Source: Lytechinus pictus
Taxonomy: Eukaryota
Direction: 5' to 3'
DNA length: 64,000 nt
Assembly (NCBI RefSeq): GCF_037042905.1
Contig: NC_087250.1
Location: 27,778,001 to 27,842,000, forward strand
In this document: piece by piece, positions 12,619 through 25,237 of the stretch
Layout of the letters: each line of letters opens with the position of its first letter
Position numbering within the stretch: the stretch's first letter is position 1
Position numbers and translations under genes: made by a program
Notes under the pieces: model-generated
Seen by the model: the letters and a program-made list of their open reading frames with translations, nothing else
What the model was told of the DNA's origin: nothing
Databases searched by the model: none

Positions 12619-13350
12619 CTATAGAGTTGACCCATATCTTTATACCAATCTGTTGGAGGTTAAAGCGGTCACAGATAATGATAGATTGTTGCCTATAAAT
12701 GCACTACACAGGAGGGACTAAGTGGTAAGTAAAAAAAACAGGAGTAATTCTGCATCTGATATCCCCTCCCTACCTCCTATTGGCGCCTAATGTGGTCCAA
12801 AGTATCACTATTCATATGTAGTAGTTTATTTGATATTCTGATACGAATGCTATTTGCTCACCAGCATTATATCATAAAAACAAATATTAATATTGCTCTG
12901 ATCAGATAAGGAGAGCTATAAGTGTTGTTAATAATTGTCAGATAGAGTCATATTCTGTTGCTGATAAATTGGGATCTGAATCTGATTCTGCAGTTCTTCA
13001 TTTGAAGTCTAGGTTTACACATTCAGATTTTAAATAATTGTGAACAGGTAATGTAACTTCTAAATTTTCAAATGATCCATCTTAAAATAGTAATTTGTAA
13101 TTATAATGGGATGGGAGATGATTATGTTATGCTGAAACACAAGGTACATTAGCTGAAGTAGTTTTTTTTTCATCATCAAGTTTATCTTTTGCATTAATGT
13201 TGACATGTATGAGAAGGTGCATGGGTAAGGTACATAACTTATTTCTTGCCATTGAAGCTTATTTTAATTTCATTTCTTCTGAAGCTTTTAACCTCACATC
13301 TCTTACATTTTTACTTTTTCCAGAGCTAAACAATCATCAGACATCACATC

Positions 13351-15000
13351 ATGGCATCAAGATTTCCAGAAGGAAACCAAGTTCAACTCCGACCAAGAAA
13401 AGGTCATGACATGAAATGGTCATGTGACAAGCATGGTGAGCCAATCAAATTTTACTGTAAGAAACACAAAATTCCTATATGTCATCCATGCGCTACCAAA
13501 GATCACAGTCAGAAACCATGTGAGCTAGACGACATCGAAGATGTCATCTTCGAAAGGAGGAGACAGCTAGATGAAAAACGGCCAAAAGTTCAAGGACTTC
13601 ACAAACAATTGGAAGCCCTCAGCACGAAAATAAAGACTGTGTCAACGTCTGGAAGTACTCATCTTCGGACAATTAACAACAACATTCAAGATTCATATCA
13701 CGACAAGATCAAATCTGTTGGAGAAAAGGAGAACAGGATGATAAGGGTTATTAACGAGGAGGCAGATGAGGAAATAAGACTAGTAAATGAGAAGAGAGAA
13801 AAAAGGATCAAGGATTGCAACACCGAGAGAGAAAATGAGCGACAAATCATCAAAGACAAAGAAGCAAAACTTCTATCAGATGCAAAGAAAATCAGCGAAG
13901 TCATTTCTAAGAAGATCAAAGATCTGACTGATAAGAATCAGCATGTAATAAACACTGTAGAGAACATTGAATCAACCTTTAAACGTATAAACCAACATGA
14001 TGAAACACTGGTGAATGAAGCTCCGCAAGTACTTGCATCTATTGATGAAAATTTAAGTTTGAATGTTCATCAAGATGTTAGCGACTGCCTTGACCGAATA
14101 CAGAATGAAGTTGAGAGAATGAAGTTTGTAGAGGGGGAAGTAGGTGGAGAATACTATGGTAGAATTGATGGGTATATCGGTAAATGGGAACTTGTCAAAT
14201 CAATTCACATTCCATCGGTTGTTAGTAAGCCGAGTGTGCATGGTTTAGTCAGTGATGATGAGATATGTGTGCGAGACGTAGGTAACAAAGACGTGTATAT
14301 TACAAACATCAACACTCAACACACAGAGAAAGTCATTGATGGAGGTGTGTTGATTACATCATGTGCGCCCATAGACAGTAACGTAATAGTATGTGGTAAG
14401 GTGAGAGGTGGTTGCACGGGTGACAGGTTGAATGGATGCATCACTCTCTATGACAGACAATGGAAGGTGATTAGAGACATCAGCATACCAAGGAATGGAT
14501 ACGATCGTGTGTATGTTGATGTTGATAGGGATGGGATGATCATCGCTGGTCAGTTAGATCAGTCTAATATCTACGTCATCAATCCTGCTGATGATAAGAT
14601 AGTAAACACTATTACGATGCAGGGTAAGGAGGTGTGGGATGGGATACAAGACTTGTCATCAGGTGATATCGTTGTGAGGACAGTTAATAATGAATACACT
14701 GTCATCTCACGATCAGGAGAAGAAAAGACTGTCATACACTGTGATGAGTGGGTATCGTCCCGGTGTCGCGTTGACAAACTGACAGACACACTCTACATCA
14801 CGTACAGGGATGAAGCGCGTAAGACATACTCAGTTGATCAGGTGTCACGTGATGGTATCATCCAGGCAAGGAGGATCGTGGAATACGAGCAATCAGATCG
14901 CACTAACTTCATGAGCCCTTGTCTCGTTACTCCTACTGGTAACTTTATAGGGTGTGATGGAGACAAACTTCTTATCTACAAGAAGACATACATCTTGTAA
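13351..15000 (+). CDS. RING-less TRIM-like protein (B-box2, coiled coil, NHL-like beta-propeller), 549 aa, single coding exon
   Basis: B-box CDKH...FYCKKHKIPICHPCATKDH; charged helical segment ~aa 60-260; C-terminal beta-strand repeats (VYVDVDRDGMIIAG, IYVIN, CLVTPTGNFIGCD). Acceptor ttttactttttccAG at 13323 just upstream of the ATG; candidate upstream donor cag|gtaatg at 13048. Confidence 0.88.
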   Translation: MASRFPEGNQVQLRPRKGHDMKWSCDKHGEPIKFYCKKHKIPICHPCATKDHSQKPCELDDIEDVIFERRRQLDEKRPKVQGLHKQLEALSTKIKTVSTSGSTHLRTINNNIQDSYHDKIKSVGEKENRMIRVINEEADEEIRLVNEKREKRIKDCNTERENERQIIKDKEAKLLSDAKKISEVISKKIKDLTDKNQHVINTVENIESTFKRINQHDETLVNEAPQVLASIDENLSLNVHQDVSDCLDRIQNEVERMKFVEGEVGGEYYGRIDGYIGKWELVKSIHIPSVVSKPSVHGLVSDDEICVRDVGNKDVYITNINTQHTEKVIDGGVLITSCAPIDSNVIVCGKVRGGCTGDRLNGCITLYDRQWKVIRDISIPRNGYDRVYVDVDRDGMIIAGQLDQSNIYVINPADDKIVNTITMQGKEVWDGIQDLSSGDIVVRTVNNEYTVISRSGEEKTVIHCDEWVSSRCRVDKLTDTLYITYRDEARKTYSVDQVSRDGIIQARRIVEYEQSDRTNFMSPCLVTPTGNFIGCDGDKLLIYKKTYIL

Positions 15001-15501
15001 ATCATCTAGACTATCAAAGGAATGATATCGGATTTGTAAGAGAAATATAGACCAGAGGTTTGCTTTTACTTTTAATTTTTATTTCAATTTACATCCTTCA
15101 AGCTCTATATGTACGTGACTACTTTCATATACGCATGGTCACGGTGTGTATATTGTTGTATCAATCCATATCAAATAGAAAACTGTCGCTAATGTCCACT
15201 CCGTCTAGATTTAGGTCTGTAATGAACGCCCTCAGATCCAAATGAATAGTTTACTCGTAACCTGAACAAAATAAATTAAAAAACGAATTGCCTACTTGAA
15301 CCAGATGGTTATTGTAGAAAGTCTTTTAGAATGGCTGAATTCAGAATTGAACGTGTTAATAACTGATTTCTGTGAAGTGAACCCGATCATTTACCAAACG
15401 ACATTTCGTTCAATTTCATTCGATGTTATTCTCAATAGTGATCAGGTTATTCCTCGATTAAAATTGTTCTCGGCTTTTAAGGTATTTAATTCGAATCAAT
15501 T

Positions 15502-15674
15502 AACCAGGACCCCATTTCATAAAAAAATGTTGACTATGATAGCAACTCATGCTAAAATGTCAATTACCATGACAACAATAACGATTCTGCTTCCTGATTG
15601 TCTCATCCAATGAAATTTGATATTCAAACTGGAGTTGTTATCATAGCCAGGTTTTATGAAATGGTACCCTGGTT
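15502..15674. mobile_element. Palindromic MITE
   Basis: aaccaggaccccatttcataaaa...ctatgatagcaactc is inverted to gagttgttatcatag...ttttatgaaatggtaccctggtt. Confidence 0.65.
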
Positions 15675-16644
15675 GATTTCATTTTTTTTATTCTGTGGAA
15701 AAAAAAAAAAAAAAAGCGGGAGGGGTCAAAATGGTATGAAATTGAAGTTTCGTAATGTACACAATCCCCCCTCATGAAGTTAGATTAAAATAAGATAAAA
15801 TCTCGTAAATAATGGTGTTTAATAGGGTTCTTGCTTAGTCTACATTCATATGTCAATATAAAGGGAAAGGGATAATGTTTCCCGTATAATTCTTTTTTTC
15901 GCCAATTAAATATTCTCTAGTTATGTATAACAAAATAGGTGAGATTTTTTTCAAAAATATTTAGCACACGGTATATTCATCATATTCCTGAAAGTATTGC
16001 ATCATATTACTTATTTCAATCAGTTCATTTTTCTTCGCTTGTACAACTTTATTTTATCCTCATATCGCTTAATATTTTCAACATAGATTACTGATTAATT
16101 GTATCCCTACACGAATAATATCATCTTACACATTGGCTACCTGACTTTCAAATCTTAAGTAACAATGATATGGAAGTGAAACTTTTTTTAAAAATAGGTA
16201 TTTGTGTCGACGTTCTGTAATGATGTGTTCGCATTACTACGTTCAGTTATGTTTATCAACATCATGAAATTATGTCAAATTAATTTCATTATAAAGATCA
16301 TATGTCAATAAAAAAAAAACACATGATAGGCTAGCGTACAATGCTGTAAATAAATAAAACAGGAATCTATTTTGTTTAACAGACAGGATTAGATAATTTG
16401 TCAAATATCTGCCCATAATGTAGCTTTTGTTCGTGGTTTCACGTTAATATAATATATAACTCGATTCAATCCATTTGTTTATTTTGTTTCTATTTTAAAT
16501 TGTGTTTAGTGTGTAAACTGGAAGTCTATTCCAGAGGCATAAGCTAAAGTGAATATTCTTAAGATGAAAATGGTTGTATTCTTCTGATCATAATTTATTT
16601 ACATTGTGGTTATCCTTATACATGTGCCCCCTCTATCTCTCTCT

Positions 16645-17231
16645 TCAAGTTTACCCCGACAAAAAAATGATTTGAATAAAAAGAGAAAAATCCAACAAGC
16701 ATAACACTGAAAATTTCATCAAAATCGGATGTAAAATAAGAAAGTTATGACATTTTAAAGTTTCGCTTAATTTCACATAACAGTTATATGCACATCCTGG
16801 TCGGTATGCAAATGAGGAGACTGGTGATGTCATCCACTCACTATTTCTTTTGTATTTTATTATATGAGATATGAAATATTCTAATTTTCTCCTAATAGTC
16901 AAGTGAAACAGTGATTAATTCCTCACTGAACATGTGGAATTAGCATTGTTAATACTATATGGTTCAGTCAAGTCTGTCCCTATGGTCAAATCTGTGAAAA
17001 TGAAATATTGTATAATTCAAACAATAAAAAACAAAAGAAATAGTGAGTGATGGACATCATCAACTGACTCACCTAGTTGTGCATATCACTTTTTTGTGAA
17101 AAATAAGCGAAACTTTAAAATGCCATAACTTTCTTGTTTTACATCTGGTTTTGATGACATTTTCAGTGTTATGCTAGTTTGATTTTTCTCTACATATTCA
17201 AATCAATATTTTGCTGGGGTGGACTTGACCT
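16645..17231. mobile_element. TTAA-type MITE family B (left end eroded)
   Basis: Right end ggggtggacttgacct|ttaa; same family as 41488-42091 and 52617-53213. Confidence 0.8.
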
Positions 17232-19134
17232 TTAACCCCCAAATTAGCCCTTTTACTGTATAATACGACATGGGTATCCATGTTGCTGTAATAAGTTGTA
17301 TATAAATCGTTATTGTTCAAGGTGTGTTGTTTTAAGGTAGGAGTATATCATTTTTCAAAAGAAAAAAAATCCATTCGAATTTATTCTTGCAATAATCAAC
17401 TTTGTACAGGTTGAGTTTAGGTAGGGTTTATGCTTTATTTCAACTATCAATTCAATTGCTCGTTATTGTCTATATAGTATAGGTTATTCAAAGTTTGTTC
17501 CTAAAACTGGAATGGAGAGAGTGCTATATATCAACATTTTCTTCCGGCAATATGTCAGATCTAACGACTTTGCTTGATTTTGATTGCCTGAGAAGCACTG
17601 TTACTATGGGAGCTGTTGAATGAAACGCTTGACAATCCCATCTTTTTTTTTATTTGCTCAATATTTGTTGCCTAATATATACAGCTCATTACAATTTGCT
17701 AAATAAAATTTGGGAGACTATTGTACATAACATGCATAATAAACATTATTATGATATAATGTATATCATGATATCTATTATTTTCAAGTGTATATTGAAG
17801 GATGAGTAGAAAGTATACGTTTGCTTTTGATATAATATATTTTCATTATACTTTGTTGTGAATTACTAACATTGTTGAATAGGAAAAAAAGCCAATGCTT
17901 GTTGTTGTATAGACCTAAATCAAGACGAAATTAATCTTAAATACTTGAGAGCTGAAAATAGTCATGTGAAAATAGTTAGGAAATATCTTTCTTTACTGTG
18001 GGTTAATGTATTTAGTTCATTTCGAGAAAGGTTTGCCAATGCAATATATACATGATAGTTGTATACAAATTACTGATCAAAACACCAATTATCAACCGAT
18101 TTGAATATATCTTCACTTTGGGTTATCTACTACATTTCGAGAAAAGCTTACCAATGCACAATCAGTTGTATGCACATTATTCATCTAAAAACCAAGTATC
18201 AACCGATCTGAATAAATGCTTAATATTTTTAAACTGATCGAAATCTTTGCAGTTTTTTTTTTGAGGTCATTATCATGGTGATGGGGAGGGTGATTTTAAT
18301 GCACAAACAATCATGTAATGTTATAATCAAATAATTTTGTCAGCATAAACGAAAATAAATGTAAAAAAACCCGACTCTATATGCAGTTCATATTTGTGAT
18401 TTACAAATGATTTTATTGGGCATGTAGGACCGATGGTAACAGACGAAGGGGGGGGGGGTGAGAAGATAAAGGGAAAAGAGAGGGGGTGGCAAAGTGGAGG
18501 GGAGTGAGAGATTTAAAAAATGGAGAGACGAGGAAAGTAAAGATGGAAAAAAAGATAGAGAGAAAAAATATATATATGAAAATAAAAGGATAAAGAGACG
18601 GAAAGGAAAGGGATAGAAAAGATGAGAGAGAGAGAGGGGGGGGGGGAGAAAGATAGAAGAAGGGGAGAGAAAAGAATGGAGAGACAGGGTGAATACAGAT
18701 GGAATAAGAGCGAGAGAAAGAGAGAAGAAGAAGAAGAACTACCGAGAGACAAGGAATGATAGAGAGAGATGGGGGGAAGGGGACGGGCTGAATTTGAGTT
18801 TGTATTTGTATTTTCCTTTCTTAGGAAACAAAGAAACATTACATTACAAAGTGAAATACATCACAAACCATGTCAATCATAAAAATTCATAACAAAATTG
18901 AAGAAAGGATGAATTTGAATTCCGTATAGATAGATCTGGCTTCGTCGAAATTAAGTAAAAGGAAAATTAACTGAGGGGCTTGCCAAGAACGAATGAATTT
19001 AAGAGATTAAAAAAAATCATAGAAAAGAGTGAGAGAGAGAAAAGGGGGGAGGGGGGGGGGAAGAACAATCCGAACGCTTCTTTTTTGTATCACTGGGAAA
19101 TTTTGTACGATTAAATAATATTGAATTATATTAA

Positions 19135-19756
19135 AGGGATGGTCCAGGCTGAAAATGTTCATAATAACTAAATAGAGTAAAATCCACAAAGCCAAATGCC
19201 GAAAATTTAATTAAAATCGGATAACAAATAAGGAAGCTATTGAATTTTAATTTGTCTAATTTTAAATATTTTGTGAAAACAGTTATTTGCATATGGTCAT
19301 GATTATTCATTAGGTGGGCTGATGATGTCACATCCCCACTTTTCTTGTTCTTATCTTATTACATGAAATCATACACGTTTCATTTCTTCATACATGTGCA
19401 AATGATGTGTCTCTATTACGATAAAATAGGTTGCAGCTATAAATAACTAATGCACTTGATCAGTTGCCATCCAATTGTTTTAGCTCTTGGTAAAACAAGT
19501 TTAATAAATCTAATTTCATATAATACAATACAAAAGAACTGGCGGGGATATGACTTCATCAGCCTACCTCATGAATATTCATAAAGACATGCCTAGAACA
19601 GTAGAACTCAGTGTTTCACCGGAATGATAATGCAAATCTTTAAAATTCAAATAACTTCGTTATTTTCTACCCGATTTTGATCAAATTTTTAGCATATTGC
19701 TTTTTGATTTTATTCTTTTTATTGAGATTTGAATATCTCCAGCCTGGACCATCCCT
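19135..19756. mobile_element. TTAA-type MITE family C
   Basis: ttaa|agggatggtccaggctg ... cagcctggaccatccct|ttaa. The same insertion is present at 49548-50156; empty site near 44570. Confidence 0.85.
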
Positions 19757-21945
19757 TTAAATGTGACCATTGTGCTACTTCTAAAAATTCAAAGAACTAC
19801 GCCACTGTAATATTGAAATTATGTTCAACGCTTCACCAAAATAATATATCAAAATATAATAACACAACACAAGAAATACATTTAATTATAAAATTATAAA
19901 GAAGATTATGGCAATGGCAATTAATGAAATTGAAATGTGAAGGAACCTGCATAAAAAAGCAGAGCTTTATAATGTCTGCTGGTTCCCTAATATGGTTTAG
20001 ATGCTTTAATATGGTAATTGTTTAACTAGGGGCTGGGGGGGGGGTTCAAGTATATCTAATACAAAATAATGTACACACTGACAGAGCAACGCACGTTGCT
20101 TATTGAATCACCCATTGAAAGTGAATTTCTTTTTCTTTAGAAACCACCCAGTAATGGCTTCCATAAAGTGACAGTGATCTGAAGTCGGGTATCATCGATC
20201 GGGAATCCACCTTCATGTCTATCCATTCTACGTCAAAAGATGGCGCTCTTTCATGTCTACATTACACACACATTGAATCACTTGATGAAGATGTGATTTC
20301 TGACATTAATAAAATCAGTTGAAATCAGAAGTCCTAGCAGTCTACAATGAAGCTGAAATGAAACGATTGATTTCTGTAATGCTAATACGCTAAAGACACA
20401 CTACCTCACTCCTCACTTTTTTCCTTGCACAGAGCAAATATGCAACTAAATAGCTCATGAAATAAATTCGATGAGATTGAGGAATACCCCCCCCCCCCCC
20501 CCATTGCCCAATTGGCAAGCATACACTGTTACTTTACAAACATGCATGTCAGGTCAAAATTTTTATGCAAAAGGAAGATCAAATGAAATATTTTCAAACT
20601 GAGAATGTCGTCTTCCATTATAATCGTTGGAGGAATCATGTCGGGTTTTTTTTGGTGAGGCACCGATCCCTTAGATATGACAAATAAGCTGGAGGTTTCG
20701 TGTTGAGATAGAAAGGCCAACGCAAAAAGCAGGGTAAAAACATGGTGTTGTGATCATGTATCAAGATGCTCAAAGCTACCCGTCACAGGCTGAAAATAAT
20801 ATAGAGTGATACTCACTTACCAAAATGCTGAAAATTTTCATTAAAATATGATTACAAAATACTGCTGTTAGTGTATTTTAATGGGCTGGTGATATCACGT
20901 CCAGTGCCATAGAAAGGACTTTTCAAATAGCGGGTGCTGGGGGATTCGTTAAAAAAATTGTTAACTAGATGATGCCCGAGGGGATTTCGGTAACTAAAAA
21001 AAAAGAAGCAAGAAAAAAAATAATAATAATAAATACATAAATAAATAAATGAATATATAAATAAATAAATAAGTTTCTGCTGCCAAATGTTCCTCTATTT
21101 CAATCATTTTTTTTTTCTTGTCAACTTGATGGCAATGGAGTGCATCCTATGTGATAGCATACGCAACACCCTGTGAAAAATCATGAGGGGTGCAGCTTCC
21201 GCATTCACCCCAGTACCCCCGCTTCATATTTTATTAAGTTATTAGATTAAATCATATTCCTCTACTATCTGAAGACTTGTTTGCATGATAAATATATTAC
21301 ACATTTAATCAGTAGTCAATTCATGTTTTCCGTTCTTGGTGGACGAAATTTGACGAAATATAATTTTCCAAAAAAAAAAAAAAGAATAAGTGCGGATTAG
21401 TCTGCAGGCACAGACCCTGATTAGAACTTCGGCCAACCAGTGTGCCTCCACGCAAAGACTAGCACATACAAAACTTGCTGTTCCAAGATAACCTTCAGTA
21501 CACAAGGCATATAAGTAGGCTGCACATTAAGACCCTTAACTCGAGTGAAGGGTTTGCCCAGCAGACTAAGTGCGGATAGGCATCATCAACTTGTTCATTG
21601 TATTGTAGCGAACCCGTCCGCTACGGTTTTTAGTTATAATGCATTAAACGTAGATGGCGCTATAGCAACGCACTGCGTAAGGCAGCTCTCGGAGACTATA
21701 AATAGCGGAGTTTCGCGGTAATCTCGTCACCGCATTGCTGCGTCACTTGTGCCACTCTTCTTACTCTCCTGGTGATTTGCTATCGGCCTTCGCTTTCGCT
21801 TTTACACAGACCATTTGGCATTCAATTCTGCTTCAATCGTCGGAGATACCGGTGTTAGGACCCTTCTTGCAGACAAGGTAGGAGGTTATTGGAAGTCTCT
21901 CCCCCCTCTAACCCCTCCCCCAACTAACACTCTAAATTCAAAACA

Positions 21946-22659
21946 ATGGCGGATGTTGATGAGTCCGACGACTTTGAAATCGTCACCAACAAAAAGAAAC
22001 GAGCGAGAAACAACAGCTCGCCAGAAAAGAGCGAGGCTCAACCAAACGTTTCAATGTTACAAACAATTTGTCTTGCTCCAATCGAGCAGCAAAAATCAAT
22101 CTCAAAATTAAACCCAATTCACGTTGCAAATGAAATCAAATCTAAAATTGGGGAACCTAAAGAAATCAAAAAATGGGGACGTTGTATCCTCATAAAATGT
22201 AAAGACGAAAGGCAAAAGAAAAGGGCCTTAAATCTAGATAGCTTAGACAACATGCATTTAAAAGCATTTATTTGGATGCAAAACCCGCCAGAAAAGGGTG
22301 TAATCACAGGAATTACTCAATCCGTCACGGACGAGGAGCTCCTTGATGAGCTAAACTCTCAAGGAGTGACCGCCGTAAAAAGAATTAAAAAAAGGGTAAA
22401 CGGCGAACTCACAGACACCACCGCCATTATTTTGTCATTCAAGCAGGGCGAAGCGCTGCCAAAAAGTATCCACATTGGATACATGACTAAAAAAGTCACA
22501 AAATATGTACCACCGGTACAAAGGTGCCAAAACTGCCAAGGTTTTGGTCACCTTAAACAAACCTGTAGATTTAAAACAAGATGTGTTAGGTGTGGGGGAA
22601 AGAATTTTGAGACAAGCCAAAAGAAAATCGTGGGAACAATACTGCAACACAATCAATAG
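21946..22659 (+). CDS. LINE ORF1 gag-like nucleic-acid-binding protein, C-terminally truncated
   Basis: KGVITGI...GVTAVKRI...LPKSIHIGY...YVPPVQRCQNCQGFGHLKQTC (CCHC knuckle). The second knuckle breaks off after CVRCGG at ~22600. Confidence 0.85.
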   Translation: MADVDESDDFEIVTNKKKRARNNSSPEKSEAQPNVSMLQTICLAPIEQQKSISKLNPIHVANEIKSKIGEPKEIKKWGRCILIKCKDERQKKRALNLDSLDNMHLKAFIWMQNPPEKGVITGITQSVTDEELLDELNSQGVTAVKRIKKRVNGELTDTTAIILSFKQGEALPKSIHIGYMTKKVTKYVPPVQRCQNCQGFGHLKQTCRFKTRCVRCGGKNFETSQKKIVGTILQHNQ

Positions 22660-25237
22660 ATTTACCCCTCTTACAGAGGTCTGGAAAAAAGTCAGAGCTC
22701 TACAAAAACCACAAAATAGTCATTCTAACCTTCCACTAAAAGTTGATGGGCAAGCTATCCAAAATGACGAAATGAAGGCAAATTTCATTGCAGATAATTT
22801 TCATAATCCAAAAGAATTAGACGAAGAAACGTCACTCAATAATACTGACTTTGGAAATATAGAACCCGTGAATAATTTGGAAATAATTAATGAAGATTTT
22901 ACTCATAAAGAACTTGTTGAAGCACTAAAAGCAACTCCAAACACAGCCTCAGGACCTGACAATATCAGGGCACTGTTTATTAAAAATCTACCCCACAATG
23001 CAATCGTCATACTGCTTGATATTTTCAATTTAATTTGGCAAACATCTAAATTACCGCTTATTTGGAAATCCTCAATTGTTGTTCCAATATTAAAACCAAA
23101 TAAAGACAAATCAGATGCTAAATCTTATAGACCGGTTTCATTAACCTCGGTCTTATGCAAAATTATGGAAAGGATGATAACTAAAAGACTTTTTTGGCTA
23201 AACGAAAAATACAATCTGATATCACCCCTTCAATCTGGTTTCACTCCAAATAGAAGTGTTTTTGATAATTTAACAAGACTCGACACAGATGTCCATAAAT
23301 CATTTATGAATCACGATTTTGTTATAGCAGCTTTCCTCGACCTTGAGAAGGCTTTTGACAATGTTGACCACGAAATTTTGATATCAAAATTACGAACTTT
23401 TGGTTTCTCAGGTCATATCCTTGATTGGATAACCGAATTCATCAAAGATCGAACTTATAGAGTAAGGATTAATGATTTCATTTCACATCGAAATGAAATA
23501 ACAAAAGGGCTCCCCCAAGGGGGAGTCATAAGTCCATTCTTGTTCAATCTTTACATCAATGATTTGGCCCACTCATGCATTTATTCGAATGTAGCTATTT
23601 TTGCAGATGACATTGCATTATGGTATAGATGTCGAAACCTTAAAATTGCAACCAAAAAAGTCCAAACAGATATCGATTCCATTGCGGAATGTACAAGCAA
23701 AATGAAACTCAAATTATCTGCCACCAAAACCAAAATCATCATTTTCACCAAAAAAACGAAAAATGCCTCCACTGATGTCTATATTAAAGACGATAAAATT
23801 GAAGTTGTATCGAATTTCAAATTTTTAGGTTTAACTTTAGATTCTGAGCTCACGTGGAAATACCACATCAGTGACTTATTAATTAGATGCAAAAAAAGAA
23901 TAAACATATTAAGGTGTATTACTGGCACCCATTGGGGAGCGGATACCAAAACGCTCCTGATTTTGTATCGAGCTCTCATTAAACCTCTGTTGGACTTTGG
24001 TTGCTTTTTATTTGATTCGGCTCCTCAAATTCATAAGAATAAACTAGATTCGATCCAATACCAATCCTTAAAGATTATTACAGGCACATTGCCTTCAACA
24101 TCCTTAAAAAATCTCCAAATTGAATGTGGCGAATTGCCACTTAGCCACCGCAGGGAATTCCTCTCGAAAAAATATAAACTAAATATACTTCATTCAAATA
24201 CATATCATCCAACTAGAGAATCCTTTGCAGACTGCTGGGAGTACAACTACAAATCACCTACTAATTTACCATTACCAATGAGAACTTTGGAGTACTCACC
24301 ATCTGTGGAAAAGATTATTACAGTGCCACAACCACCTTGGCACTTTCCTCCTCCGGAAATCGATTTTAGCCTCAAAGAAAGGATTTCTAAAAAAGACAAT
24401 CCTTCATTACTACAACAAAGCTCTTATGAAACAATTTATTCAAAATATTATAACACCCTTCGAATATATACTGATGGGTCTAAAGATCCTACTTCATCCA
24501 AAACAGGCATATCATTTTATATACCTGACCTAAAATATTCAAAATACCATCGTATTTCACCTGTATCGGTCTGCCGTGCTGAACAGGCAGCAATTATTAT
24601 GGCTCTTACCTGGCTGGAAGATTTCCGCCCTCTATGTGCAACATTGCTAGTTGATTCTCTCAGCACTCTGCAATTGATATCTAACTATGAAAACACTAAG
24701 CTACCCCTAATATTAGAAATACTTACAAAATGTAGGGCACTTTCTTATCTAGGTGCTGAGATAACATTTGTATGGATACCGGCACACTGTGGTATCAGTG
24801 GAAATGAAGAAGCAGACAAATTAGCTAAATTAGCTTTAACCAAACCAGATATCGATGTCGAAATTTCTCCAAATGTAAGTGAACAAATCAGTTCACTGAA
24901 ACAACAATTTCGGGCGTTCAGAAAAGAACCACTACTTAATTGCTATTGTAGACGACATGAAATAATTATCCATCGATTGCGTACAGGTTGGATTAGAACA
25001 GCCTATTTCCTATTCAAAATCCATAGGCATCCAAACGGCCTTTGCGATATTTGTAAAACCAATGATGATGTGGAGCACTATGTCCTCCATTGTAGAAAAT
25101 ACCAAAACGCTAGAACAAAATTCTTACAAACAGATCCAAATATACCAATATCACTATCTACATTATTTGAAAGCGAAAAGGGTCAGTCGTCTCTCATATA
25201 TTTTGTAAGGGCGACTGGACTAATAAATGACTTGTAA
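22505..25237 (+). CDS. LINE ORF2: reverse transcriptase, RNase H and C-terminal Zn finger; no endonuclease
   Basis: RT motifs YRPVSLTS, QSGF, FLDLEKAFD, GLPQGGVISP, IFADDI, FKFLGL; RNase H motifs IYTDGSK, AEQAAI, VDSLS, WIPAHCGISGNEEADKLAK; CDIC...HYVLHC. True ORF2 homology starts at ~22601 (RILRQAKRKSW). Confidence 0.92.
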   Translation: MYHRYKGAKTAKVLVTLNKPVDLKQDVLGVGERILRQAKRKSWEQYCNTINRFTPLTEVWKKVRALQKPQNSHSNLPLKVDGQAIQNDEMKANFIADNFHNPKELDEETSLNNTDFGNIEPVNNLEIINEDFTHKELVEALKATPNTASGPDNIRALFIKNLPHNAIVILLDIFNLIWQTSKLPLIWKSSIVVPILKPNKDKSDAKSYRPVSLTSVLCKIMERMITKRLFWLNEKYNLISPLQSGFTPNRSVFDNLTRLDTDVHKSFMNHDFVIAAFLDLEKAFDNVDHEILISKLRTFGFSGHILDWITEFIKDRTYRVRINDFISHRNEITKGLPQGGVISPFLFNLYINDLAHSCIYSNVAIFADDIALWYRCRNLKIATKKVQTDIDSIAECTSKMKLKLSATKTKIIIFTKKTKNASTDVYIKDDKIEVVSNFKFLGLTLDSELTWKYHISDLLIRCKKRINILRCITGTHWGADTKTLLILYRALIKPLLDFGCFLFDSAPQIHKNKLDSIQYQSLKIITGTLPSTSLKNLQIECGELPLSHRREFLSKKYKLNILHSNTYHPTRESFADCWEYNYKSPTNLPLPMRTLEYSPSVEKIITVPQPPWHFPPPEIDFSLKERISKKDNPSLLQQSSYETIYSKYYNTLRIYTDGSKDPTSSKTGISFYIPDLKYSKYHRISPVSVCRAEQAAIIMALTWLEDFRPLCATLLVDSLSTLQLISNYENTKLPLILEILTKCRALSYLGAEITFVWIPAHCGISGNEEADKLAKLALTKPDIDVEISPNVSEQISSLKQQFRAFRKEPLLNCYCRRHEIIIHRLRTGWIRTAYFLFKIHRHPNGLCDICKTNDDVEHYVLHCRKYQNARTKFLQTDPNIPISLSTLFESEKGQSSLIYFVRATGLINDL

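Noticed and set aside
18440..18840. Hydrophobic membrane-protein ORFs (also 11241-11480, 43738-44251, 60646-61005)
   Set aside because: Artefacts of purine/pyrimidine-biased low-complexity tracts.
22505..25237. Diversity-generating retroelement driving TRIM-like variation
   Set aside because: The RT is a standard non-LTR type with RNase H, there is no separate template repeat, and differences between paralogs are not adenine-specific.
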